From contig USIG01000001.1 in the NCBI GenBank assembly GCA_900554685.1, positions 1-36,471 of the forward strand: DNA of 36,471 nucleotides, in the 5' to 3' direction. This stretch comes from an uncultured Cryptobacterium sp. (GTDB lineage Bacteria > Actinomycetota > Coriobacteriia > Coriobacteriales > Eggerthellaceae). Made by a program: the position numbers and the translations under genes. The notes below the pieces were generated by a model that did not search any database, was not told where the DNA came from, and saw nothing but the letters and a program-made list of their open reading frames with translations. Within the stretch, counting starts at the first letter, position 1; each line of letters starts with the position of its first letter. This document shows, one piece after another, positions 9,637 through 17,997 of this stretch.

Positions 9637-10272
9637 ATGAAATTCCGTTTACGCCCTCATTCTAAAGACGAGTCCAAAGCTCTTAATCCCGAAAAAGTTG
9701 AGAAAAAGCCGATCTATATCCACTATGACAAAGACGGCAATCGCATTGGTGACGATGGTTATCCTCTAACCCCTAAGCGTCATCGCTTGCACAACGTTTT
9801 GAACGCCATTTTTATCTGGGCTATCGTCTGTGCCATTGTTGGTGCAGGCTGCGCGATTATCGCCTATGCTCAGGGTCAGCAATACGGCGGTTTTTCTGGC
9901 GATTTCTCTACATTTGACCTGGTAGTTTATGGCGGTAATATGATTAACGGCTATTCCGTTGCAACTCTTTTACGCATTGAAGCCGTTTTACTTATTTTCA
10001 TGGGTATCTTTGGTACCACCATCAACTTCAAAGGCTTCCATTGGCTCTACGACAAGGCATCTCCTACGATTTTGGTAATCATTATGTGCCTTATTGGTGT
10101 TGTGGCGGTTGCTTATCAGGTAATGCTGCTCTCCACCGTAGGCATTCCTGACCCCGGTTCTTTCATCATGCTTGTACTGGTCGTTTTGGCTGCAATCTTC
10201 ATGAAGCAGGTTGCCGATGAACGCCCAACTCTCCGCAAGGCAAAGATCGCTCGTACCGAAGTAAAGAAATAA
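9637..10272 (+). CDS. Hypothetical membrane protein, about 4 TM helices
   Basis: Four hydrophobic segments with charged termini; ATG 9637 after AAAAGGATAGGT chosen over the upstream TTG. Confidence 0.8.
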   Translation: MKFRLRPHSKDESKALNPEKVEKKPIYIHYDKDGNRIGDDGYPLTPKRHRLHNVLNAIFIWAIVCAIVGAGCAIIAYAQGQQYGGFSGDFSTFDLVVYGGNMINGYSVATLLRIEAVLLIFMGIFGTTINFKGFHWLYDKASPTILVIIMCLIGVVAVAYQVMLLSTVGIPDPGSFIMLVLVVLAAIFMKQVADERPTLRKAKIARTEVKK

Positions 10273-10293
10273 ACCCGCTAATGGCAAAAAAAT

Positions 10294-10323
10294 ATGCCGC
10301 CCCTCACTACAAAGGGACGGCAT
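10294..10323. terminator. Likely bidirectional terminator between convergent genes
   Basis: ATGCCGCCCCT...AGGGACGGCAT stem with an A-tract on the left. Confidence 0.55.
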
Positions 10324-10412
10324 AAGGTACATAATCGCACAAGGCATGTAAGCAGTAGTCAATAGCTGGACAGCACTGTTTGTGCAATCAGATCCAAAAT
10401 ACTATGAATCTC

Positions 10413-11831
10413 CTAGTTGCAGATCTTGCCAGGATTCAAAATCATGTTCGGGTCAAACACCTGCTTGATACCGGCCATAAGACCAATTGCGGTATCCCCT
10501 ACCGATTCACGCAGATATTCCTTCTTTGCATGGCCAATACCATGTTCGCCAGAAACCTGACCGCGAAGCTCGGTGCACTTTTCGTATGCTGCCTTCATAA
10601 CCTTTGCGGTGCGCTCCAAGAAGAGATCCTCGTCCATATCGTTTGCGCAGCAATAAATATGTAAGTTGCCATCGCCTGCATGACCGAAAGAACGAATGCG
10701 TACTTCGTACTTGTCACCAACCTCATGAGCATACTCTAAGAAAGCAGGAATTTTATCAACAGGAACAACAACGTCCATTTCGTCGATAAGGTCGGTTTCT
10801 GCTTCGATTACCGTCAAAAATGCGCTGCGGGCTTCCCAAACAGCACGCTTATCGGCAGGATGGCTCAACACCAAGGTGTCGTATGCGCCAATTTCATCAC
10901 CGATCTCAGCTAAGGTTTCTGCGCGCTGGAAAATCTCATCCTGATCATTGCCGTCGAGCGTAACCAGAATATAAGCCCCTGCTTCCTTGCCGTCGATTAC
11001 GGTAGGGATGATCTTGTTACCCGTGTAGTTAGCTGAAGAGTCAACAATGTCGCGTTCCATGAACTCGATAGATTGAGGACTCAAGCCGGCGAGCTTGATC
11101 TTAGGTACCGCAGAAATTGCCGTATCAATATCAGCAAAAGGAAGAATGAAGCTGATGTCTTCTTTGGGATTAGGGATAAGCTTTAAGGTGAGTTCGGTAA
11201 TTACACCCAACGTACCTTCGGAGCCAATCATCAAGTGAAGCAGACTATAACCAGAGCTTGTCTTAGTAACCGAACGTCCAAGCTCTAAGATCTGACCGTT
11301 TGGCAAAACTACCGTCATGGCCAAAACGTAGTCGCGTGTGGTTCCGTATTTCACTGCGCGCATACCACCAGCATTGGTGCTTACGTTTCCACCCAAAGAA
11401 CCTGTTTTCTCGCCGGGATCAGGGGGATACATCAGGTCATGCTCGAGCGCATCGGCTGCCAAATCGCACAGACGAACGCCAGGCTGAACATGAACGAGCA
11501 AGTTGTTCATGTCGTAATACAGAATTTTGTTCATACGCATGGTACACAAAACAACACCGCCAAAGAGAGGTGTTGCGCCACCAACAAGACCAGTACCTGC
11601 GCCGCGCACCGTAACGGGAATGTTGTTGTCGTTGCACAACATCATGATAGCTGCTACCTCGGCTGTGCTTGCAGGTAAGCAGACTACTTCAGGCATCTGC
11701 TTGCCATATATAGGCATTTCATCATGAGAATAGTCAGCGCTGATATCGTCACCAACGTAGCAATTATCCTCGCCCACTATTTTTGTGAGTTGCTCGATAA
11801 GTTCAGGGGTGAGCTTGTTATACTCTGCCAT
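10413..11831 (-). CDS. FAD-linked oxidoreductase, GlcD / D-lactate dehydrogenase (LctD)-like
   Basis: RGAGTGLVGG, PPDPG, GGNVSTNAGGMRAVKYG, GSEGTLG, GHAGDGNLH, SGEHGIG, LNPGK; start ATG 11831 (MAEYNK) after GGAAGG. Confidence 0.92.
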   Translation of the reverse strand: MAEYNKLTPELIEQLTKIVGEDNCYVGDDISADYSHDEMPIYGKQMPEVVCLPASTAEVAAIMMLCNDNNIPVTVRGAGTGLVGGATPLFGGVVLCTMRMNKILYYDMNNLLVHVQPGVRLCDLAADALEHDLMYPPDPGEKTGSLGGNVSTNAGGMRAVKYGTTRDYVLAMTVVLPNGQILELGRSVTKTSSGYSLLHLMIGSEGTLGVITELTLKLIPNPKEDISFILPFADIDTAISAVPKIKLAGLSPQSIEFMERDIVDSSANYTGNKIIPTVIDGKEAGAYILVTLDGNDQDEIFQRAETLAEIGDEIGAYDTLVLSHPADKRAVWEARSAFLTVIEAETDLIDEMDVVVPVDKIPAFLEYAHEVGDKYEVRIRSFGHAGDGNLHIYCCANDMDEDLFLERTAKVMKAAYEKCTELRGQVSGEHGIGHAKKEYLRESVGDTAIGLMAGIKQVFDPNMILNPGKICN

Positions 11832-12168
11832 CGCAACCTTCCAAATAAACGAAGTACTAATGAAACAAGAGGGAACTGTCTTTGTCTGCATCTTTTGATA
11901 ACCCTTGCAGACTTGTAGACTTATGCTGTGATCAATCTGGATCCTTGTGCGGTTTCATATAAGCTCTGTTCGAGCCTATTTCAAAAGGAACCATTGCAAG
12001 CACGATCCCACCAATATTTGATCTTATCGTAGCTAAAACGAATAGCGGCTCTATCTAGGTAAAACTCACCGATCAGCGGACAAGCGGTACACGAGGTACC
12101 GCCCAACCAAGCCAAAAGAAGCCATTTCCCACTAACAGGACAAAAGAAGCCTTTTTCTAGCGAAAAGC

Positions 12169-13047
12169 TTACTCGTCGTGGTGCGCTCCTCCTTGGCGTG
12201 TACGCTGGTGTCCTCCGTGGTAGTCTGAGTTCTCCGAAGTGGAAGCAGAGGCATCATCGGAATTGGAGCTAGATGAGTGATCACTTGCTTCTTCCTCATT
12301 TGAATTTTGTGACATTACTTGATTGAGATCTACGCCTGCATCAGCGGCAAGGCTGCGTAATTGCGCCATGGTCATACTCGCTGCTTCATCTGGTGATATA
12401 TCCACTCCTGCATCTACAAGTGCACACCATACCTGATACTTTCCCATACCAAGACCCATCTCATGAGCGGCATGATGCTCATCTGAAGTTGCCCTCGAAC
12501 AATGCACCCCCTGCCCTGCCGATTCGAAGCAACGCTTGCTAGTCTCCTCTAGATGCGTACAACGACCCTCATCATCACACATCACCGTAACTGCTACCGC
12601 AGCATTAGGAGTCAGATACCCTTCGGCCTGCAGCGAAGTATCGAGCGATTGCAGCGCTTCTTCGTACCTCATCCCAGTAATATTCGTGGCATCAAGAAGC
12701 GTCTTGCCATCATCATTGAGACCTTCTGCGCTCACCACATAATCAAAACAGTTGATTCCCAGCTCAATTGAGGGATTAATATCAATCCCTACATACGCTG
12801 TCGGCGTATTGTAAGCAAAAGCACCCGCACCAATGCCGAGCGCAACAAGCACCGCACATGCCGCCAAGGCAATTCTTGCACGCAGAGAAGTTACCAAACG
12901 GAATCTCTTTGTTTTTCGGGCTTCACATTCCTGCGCACGCTGGGCCTCGATCGCTTGCAAAGTGCGACTTTTTAAGTCTTCGGGCGCATGGATTTCATCA
13001 AAAGCGCTTGTCAGGGCATCACGTATCTGTTTTTCGGGATCATTCAT
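12169..13047 (-). CDS. RsgI-like anti-sigma factor (single TM, extracytoplasmic domain)
   Basis: TM followed by AYVGIDINPSIELGIN..V..A..LNDDG, the RsgI juxtamembrane signature; ATGA overlap with the sigma gene; Ser/His-rich tail. Confidence 0.85.
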   Translation of the reverse strand: MNDPEKQIRDALTSAFDEIHAPEDLKSRTLQAIEAQRAQECEARKTKRFRLVTSLRARIALAACAVLVALGIGAGAFAYNTPTAYVGIDINPSIELGINCFDYVVSAEGLNDDGKTLLDATNITGMRYEEALQSLDTSLQAEGYLTPNAAVAVTVMCDDEGRCTHLEETSKRCFESAGQGVHCSRATSDEHHAAHEMGLGMGKYQVWCALVDAGVDISPDEAASMTMAQLRSLAADAGVDLNQVMSQNSNEEEASDHSSSSNSDDASASTSENSDYHGGHQRTRQGGAHHDE

Positions 13048-13595
13048 CGCAATGCCTCCTGCAGTAATTTTTTCCCACGTGAAATCCAGGAATACACCGT
13101 TCCTTCGGGCTCGCCAGTCATAACGGAAATTTCTTTTGCGGTATAGCCCTCATAAAGAGAAAGATACAACTCTGTTTTCGGCGGATCGTCGAGCGAATTG
13201 AAAGCATCGAGTATTTCAAGAAGAGCAATATCTAATGAGGTATCAGAGGCAGACCTTTCGGAAGTCTCCGAAGAAACCGCCGAAAAGATGCCTGACCCAT
13301 TTGCAACACCAAACACTCCTTTTGAGTTTTGGTCACGCTCTGCCCTGCCCTCAAGTGACTCATTCTGAGAGTTCTTTGCTTTAAGAACATCTTTGCAGGC
13401 GTTGATAGCAACACGAATAAGCCATGCCTTTTTGTGCTCTTCGTCGCGAAACGGCGATTCATGCAGGGCATACTTCATAAAAGTATTTTGGAAAATATCC
13501 TCTGCTTCTGACGGCGCAAGGTAAACAAGGCAAGCGCGCCAGACCGCATCGCTATAGGAATCCATTGCCTGTTCTATGTCGGAAGAAGATCGCAT
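13044..13595 (-). CDS. ECF-type RNA polymerase sigma factor
   Basis: Region 2 AEDIFQNTF..KAWLIRVAINACKD; region 4 YEGYTAKEIS...EGTVYSWISRGKKLL. Confidence 0.93.
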   Translation of the reverse strand: MRSSSDIEQAMDSYSDAVWRACLVYLAPSEAEDIFQNTFMKYALHESPFRDEEHKKAWLIRVAINACKDVLKAKNSQNESLEGRAERDQNSKGVFGVANGSGIFSAVSSETSERSASDTSLDIALLEILDAFNSLDDPPKTELYLSLYEGYTAKEISVMTGEPEGTVYSWISRGKKLLQEALR

Positions 13596-13607
13596 GATAG
13601 GGTAAGT

Positions 13608-13955
13608 TTATCTCTGAGATCCGTGATGAGCATTGCCTTTTTGATGGCCCATTTCGCGATGATCGCATATTCCGTTGTTGTTCTTGTCAACAAAGCCCTG
13701 CCCGCAATGAGAACCGCCCGAACAGTAGCTACCACAGTTGTCGCATACGCCATCATTGTTGGTGTCCTGATAAATACGGCAAACACCTTGGTTGGTTTGC
13801 CCTGATTCGCCTTGAGCGGCATAAGCAGAAAGAGCAGAACAGCCAGACAAGATCACGAGACAAAATCCTGCCACCAGGAGCACAAGAACTCCCGCCAAAA
13901 CTATACGTTTTCGATTTTGCGTATGCGCAATTGAGTTGTAATTACTAGTCTTCAT
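13608..13955 (-). CDS. Small exported/lipoprotein with two D-x-N-x-(D/N)-G-x-C-D motifs, Cys/His-rich
   Basis: Basic N-region, hydrophobic stretch, then LSGC; motifs DTNNDGVCDNC and FVDKNNNGICDH; RBS GAAGGGG; first gene of the sigma operon. Confidence 0.75.
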   Translation of the reverse strand: MKTSNYNSIAHTQNRKRIVLAGVLVLLVAGFCLVILSGCSALSAYAAQGESGQTNQGVCRIYQDTNNDGVCDNCGSYCSGGSHCGQGFVDKNNNGICDHREMGHQKGNAHHGSQR

Positions 13956-14005
13956 AGTTGCACCCCTTCGTGTTTAGCGTGTTTACTTTTTGTTCTCACC
14001 TACAA

Positions 14006-14032
14006 CACGAATGGGGTGCATGAATCCTTGCA
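14006..14032 (-). promoter_or_regulatory. Putative ECF (SigV/SigW-like) promoter of the 13955-12169 operon
   Basis: Minus strand TGCAAG-N17-CGTG about 50 nt upstream of ATG 13955. Confidence 0.4.
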
Positions 14033-14061
14033 ATTATTTTGTTGTTGCAATTATTTTGTTG
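14028..14061. repeat. 17-bp tandem duplication TTGCAATTATTTTGTTG x2
   Basis: Exact copies at 14028-14044 and 14045-14061. Confidence 0.9.
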
Positions 14062-14083
14062 TTATTTTTTCAGGATAAGGAAC

Positions 14084-14116
14084 CGTACTAATTACGTACT
14101 AATTACGTACTAATTA
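14084..14116. repeat. 11-bp tandem repeat CGTACTAATTA x3 spanning the permease stop codon
   Basis: Exact copies at 14084, 14095, 14106. Confidence 0.95.
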
Positions 14117-14880
14117 TCACGAACCAGCCGCTTAAACAAGGCGACAAACAAGAGGGCACACGCAACAGTCCATCCCAAGGTTATCGCCAGCGGAACAAGC
14201 GCTTCACTCGTAAACAAGGTACCCTGCATCATCAGCCCAACAAGGGTATCCATTCCACCTGTTGGCAGATATGAAACAATATCCGAAACCGTCTCGTTAT
14301 AAGCACCAAACATTGGAGCAAGAGCGACTAGAATTACCGGAACCGAGTACAGACCAGCAGTCATCTGATCACGAGCGGCAAGCCCCAATACTAAAGAGAG
14401 CAGAATAATAGGGAGCGCTCCTAATATGCCCAATCCCAGATAAGGAATCAGCATCATTTGATCGGACACATCAGCGATAAAGAAGCACGCTGCTGCTACC
14501 ACAAGCATCATCGCCAGGGAAACAAATGCTCGAGAAACAATAATCTGACCAGCGCTTACATTCGCAAGCATCAAAGTGCGTAAGGTGTGCTTTTCTTTTT
14601 CTTCAGCAATGCCGTAGACCACCGCCATACTCACAACCATACCGATAGCCATACAAAGCGAAGCGGAAAGCTCAAAAGTCGCCAGTATTTCACTTACTGC
14701 AGCTCCCGCCGCATTTGGGTCTTCGCCCACAGTTGCCATCCCTACATCACTGAGCATGTAGCGGAATAGAACCGCAAAGCCAATAGGCATAAGAAGGCAA
14801 ACCAGCATGCTTGGATTTTTGAACATGTCGATGAAATCCTTTTGGCAGAGAGCGCCAATCTTTCTCATAGTTGCCTGCAT
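14110..14880 (-). CDS. ABC-2 type exporter permease
   Basis: About 6 TM segments; IAEEKEKHTLRTLMLA coupling motif; coupled to the ATPase gene. Confidence 0.9.
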   Translation of the reverse strand: MQATMRKIGALCQKDFIDMFKNPSMLVCLLMPIGFAVLFRYMLSDVGMATVGEDPNAAGAAVSEILATFELSASLCMAIGMVVSMAVVYGIAEEKEKHTLRTLMLANVSAGQIIVSRAFVSLAMMLVVAAACFFIADVSDQMMLIPYLGLGILGALPIILLSLVLGLAARDQMTAGLYSVPVILVALAPMFGAYNETVSDIVSYLPTGGMDTLVGLMMQGTLFTSEALVPLAITLGWTVACALLFVALFKRLVRDN

Positions 14881-15746
14881 TAGAATTCCCTCCCTGTTAA
14901 GCCCAAGAATACTTCTTCCAAATTTGGCTCATCCGAATGGATGGATAAGCACTCTCCCGATTTCATCAGTTCGCTTATTATCGCAGCACCTTCTGCATCT
15001 TTGGTAGTAGAAATTACACCACGTGTTTTCGTGTGGATATCCACCCTGTTTCTCGCATGCGCGCGCTTTAATTCGTCGGGCGAATCGCATGCTACGATGC
15101 GTCCTTCATTAAGAATTGCCACGCGAGTACACAGTCCATCTGCTTCGGACATATCGTGCGTTGTGAGAAATATCGTCGTGCCTGCCGCCTTCAGCTCAGA
15201 AAGCATACGATGAACCTCCGCACGGGCCGCCGGATCAAGCCCACTTGTGGGCTCGTCCAAGAACAAAAGCTCCGGCGAATGAATCAAAGCTGCCAACAAT
15301 GCTGCACGCTGTCTCATTCCTTTCGAACAATTTTTGATGAGCGTTTTACGATCATCTTGTAGTGCCATTCGCTCGAGCAGTGCCGAAATACCCTGAGCAG
15401 ACACCCCGCGAATCCTTGCATAAAATTTCAGGTTATCCTCGATAGACAAACGTTCATAAAGAGCACTGGTATCGGACAATATTCCAATGCGTTCGTAATC
15501 AGCATCACTCGCATTTTCAATGGGTCGATGAAAAAGCTGGATTCTTCCCCCATCTTTTTTAAGCTGCCGTGTAAGCAATTTAATAGTGGTGGTTTTACCC
15601 GCACCCGAAGGACCCAAGAATCCGAAAACTTCACCACGATGAACCGAAAAAGAAAGATTGGTTAACACCTGTTTATACGCCGCGCGGGGCCCTGATCCAA
15701 GTTTGAAAGAGAGGTTTACGCCCTCCATTGCCATTACAGTGCTCAT
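14880..15746 (-). CDS. ABC exporter ATP-binding protein
   Basis: Walker A GPSGAGKTT, signature CSKGMRQR, Walker B LLFLDEPTSGLDP, H-loop TTHDM, C-terminal NLEEVFL. Confidence 0.95.
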   Translation of the reverse strand: MSTVMAMEGVNLSFKLGSGPRAAYKQVLTNLSFSVHRGEVFGFLGPSGAGKTTTIKLLTRQLKKDGGRIQLFHRPIENASDADYERIGILSDTSALYERLSIEDNLKFYARIRGVSAQGISALLERMALQDDRKTLIKNCSKGMRQRAALLAALIHSPELLFLDEPTSGLDPAARAEVHRMLSELKAAGTTIFLTTHDMSEADGLCTRVAILNEGRIVACDSPDELKRAHARNRVDIHTKTRGVISTTKDAEGAAIISELMKSGECLSIHSDEPNLEEVFLGLTGREF

Positions 15747-15895
15747 CGAAGTCCTCCTTTCTTTGCCTGACGTGACGCTGCGCTTTTCTTCTTTTTGTCG
15801 AAATCCTTCTTGCCGATGAAATAATCAACAATCGAAACGGCGATATCGGCAATGCCGCTGTCTTTCAGAATGCTTAAAAGTAATTGCGAGCCCAT
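15743..15895 (-). CDS. 50-aa amphipathic peptide with Lys-rich tail (MGSQLLLSILKDSGIADIAVSIVDYFIGKKDFDKKKKSAASRQAKKGGLR)
   Basis: RBS GAAAGGAA upstream of ATG 15895; stop overlaps the ATPase start (ATGA). Confidence 0.7.
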   Translation of the reverse strand: MGSQLLLSILKDSGIADIAVSIVDYFIGKKDFDKKKKSAASRQAKKGGLR

Positions 15896-16037
15896 TGTTA
15901 GTTCCTTTCCCATCAAAACGAAGCGTTTTATGTATTCCAAACCTCTTTGCTTTTTCGCCTGCCTTGCAAAATTTTGCTCACGTGTTTTGCGACATCTGAA
16001 GTTTTTCATGAATACCAGGTCAAATACAGAGTTTTGG

Positions 16038-16093
16038 TATGACGGGAGCACGCCCAACTACGAAAGGAGCACTGAGAACTACGACAGGAGCAC
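16038..16093. promoter_or_regulatory. Three direct repeats TAYGA-N2-GGAGCAC, exact 21-bp period; putative LytTR operator
   Basis: tatgacgggagcac 16038, tacgaaaggagcac 16059, tacgacaggagcac 16080; lies between the LytTR gene and the divergent peptide-ABC operon. Confidence 0.75.
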
Positions 16094-16202
16094 GCAGAGA
16101 GCACCTCGTAAGCATTTGCACATTTTTGCCTGAGCGCGCTGTGATACTATTTCGCTTGATTAAAAAACCTATTGAAAAAAACTCACACACAAGGACGATT
16201 CC

Positions 16203-17177
16203 ATGACTGCAAATTCGCCCGACTACAATTCCATCGAAGCACTCATAGAGGGAGAATCTGACAAAAGTATTCACCTGGAATGCGGCCGCGAAACAAGTCG
16301 TAAAGCCATCGCATCGGTGCGCGCCTTCTATCGAAAAAAGCGCTGTGCGTTTTACCTTGAATCGGACAAAGGATTCGAGCGCGACACCGTCCGTTCCTAT
16401 TTGAAGTTCTTCGCCCGCTTGGCAGGCGGCAAGATAACCCCACAAGAAGTCATGGATCATTTCGGATTGAGCGGGAAGAAAAACACCTCGGTTTTAAAGC
16501 TCACGCCCGAAGAACGCGCCCTTATGAATTTTGCTCGTATGGCCTTATTCGAACCCGAGGTGGTATTCTGCGAACGCCCTCTTTTCGAACTAGGCCCCGA
16601 CGCTCGGTCTCTTGTTCTGAGTTGGATTGCGAGCGAAACAGAGAAAGGCACCTTGTTTATTACGGTAGGAGAACCGCTCCGTGAAGCCCTTCTTATGCCG
16701 GGCGACGCTTGGTGGGAAGAAGAAGGTCGATTCTTCCCCGCCCAAACGACAGATACCTTGGAAAAAAATTCTTCTCAGAACCCTGCCGAAGAAGGTTCCG
16801 TTGACGAGGAAGGCGAGGTATTCGCCGGTGACGAGGTTCGTGTCTGCAAAGTCCAGGCCAAATCAGGATCTTCTGATCTCCTTTTTGATCCAAGAGAAAT
16901 TGACTTTATAGAAAGTATCAATCGCCAAAACTACGTCTCGGTGCGCGGAGAACTTTACCAGACTCCCTCCACCTTAGATGAGCTCGAAAAAGAACTGACC
17001 CGTTTTGGGTTTTTCCGATGCCACCGCTCCTATATCGTCAATGTTCAACGTGTCACGAAAGTGGAACGCTTCACCCGAAATTCGTTTAACCTCACCTTGT
17101 CCGACGTAGCACACAGTTCAATCCCGCTTGCAAAAGGCCGTGCTGAAGAAATGCGCGCCACCCTAGGAATGAAATAG
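16203..17177 (+). CDS. LytTR DNA-binding regulator with N-terminal degenerate ABC-ATPase-like domain
   Basis: C-terminal LytTR: IDFIES..TLDELEKEL..FGFFRCHRSYIVN..V..V..IPLAKGR; N-terminal LTPEERALMNFARMALFEPEVVFCERP aligns with ABC signature/Walker B but no Walker A is visible. Confidence 0.88.
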   Translation: MTANSPDYNSIEALIEGESDKSIHLECGRETSRKAIASVRAFYRKKRCAFYLESDKGFERDTVRSYLKFFARLAGGKITPQEVMDHFGLSGKKNTSVLKLTPEERALMNFARMALFEPEVVFCERPLFELGPDARSLVLSWIASETEKGTLFITVGEPLREALLMPGDAWWEEEGRFFPAQTTDTLEKNSSQNPAEEGSVDEEGEVFAGDEVRVCKVQAKSGSSDLLFDPREIDFIESINRQNYVSVRGELYQTPSTLDELEKELTRFGFFRCHRSYIVNVQRVTKVERFTRNSFNLTLSDVAHSSIPLAKGRAEEMRATLGMK

Positions 17178-17179
17178 TC

Positions 17180-17959
17180 ATGGAAAAATCCCGCGAACTT
17201 GAAAAGCATTCCCTATCTTCGAGCGAACCTACCCTTGAATGTGACGCATCCGCGAAAACTCTAGCGGCACCGCATAGACAGTTACGCATGATTGGTGCGC
17301 TTGTCTTACATGAAATACGCTCTCTTGCAGTCAACCCATCCATGATTGCCACGATTGTCGTCCTTATTATTTTTACCGTGCTTTTTACTGAATTCTTCCA
17401 CTTCTTTGAATGGTTTTCTGCACCCTTTTTATGTCAGTTGGCAGTATGCAGTATCGGAGGCATTGGTACGGTGTGCATCTTGGCTGAAGAGCGCGAACGT
17501 GGTGTGGAACAAACCCTGCTCCTGTCCGGAATGACCCGCGCTTCCATCACCACAGGAAAGGTTATTGGCTGCATACTTGTATGTGAATTTATATGCATCA
17601 TCTGCGCTTTTGTAATTATGCGTACGGTGGAGCAAACAGCGCAGGTTGCTTTTCTTATGCTTTTCACCATCATTCCTATTTCGTTTGTTTCGGTTGCAAT
17701 CGGAATGCGGCTTAACGACCAACAGCGGGCTTCATCTTGGGGCTCTCCCCTTTTATTTTGCGGCGTGATTACCGCCAGCATGAATACCGTCGCAGGAATA
17801 TCTCCCTGGATGTTACCAACAGGAGCAGCGCCTGAACTAATAGACGTCTTTCTTTTTGGAAATACCACACCTGTCGTATCTCCCACTATAACCATCGTTG
17901 TCGGAATCGCCTATTGCTTGCTCGCATTGGGCATCCTTATAAAAAGCGCCCGTTCATAA
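17180..17959 (+). CDS. ABC-2 type permease
   Basis: About 6 TM segments; ILAEERERGVEQTLLLSG motif; starts 2 nt after the LytTR stop. Confidence 0.85.
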   Translation: MEKSRELEKHSLSSSEPTLECDASAKTLAAPHRQLRMIGALVLHEIRSLAVNPSMIATIVVLIIFTVLFTEFFHFFEWFSAPFLCQLAVCSIGGIGTVCILAEERERGVEQTLLLSGMTRASITTGKVIGCILVCEFICIICAFVIMRTVEQTAQVAFLMLFTIIPISFVSVAIGMRLNDQQRASSWGSPLLFCGVITASMNTVAGISPWMLPTGAAPELIDVFLFGNTTPVVSPTITIVVGIAYCLLALGILIKSARS

Positions 17960-17997
17960 CGGACGCTTTAACCAGCAACGCTTTTGGTGATTGTTTT

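Noticed and set aside
16038..16105. Mini CRISPR-like array
   Set aside because: Units are 21 bp with only 7-nt variable parts and no cas genes; better explained as a LytTR operator
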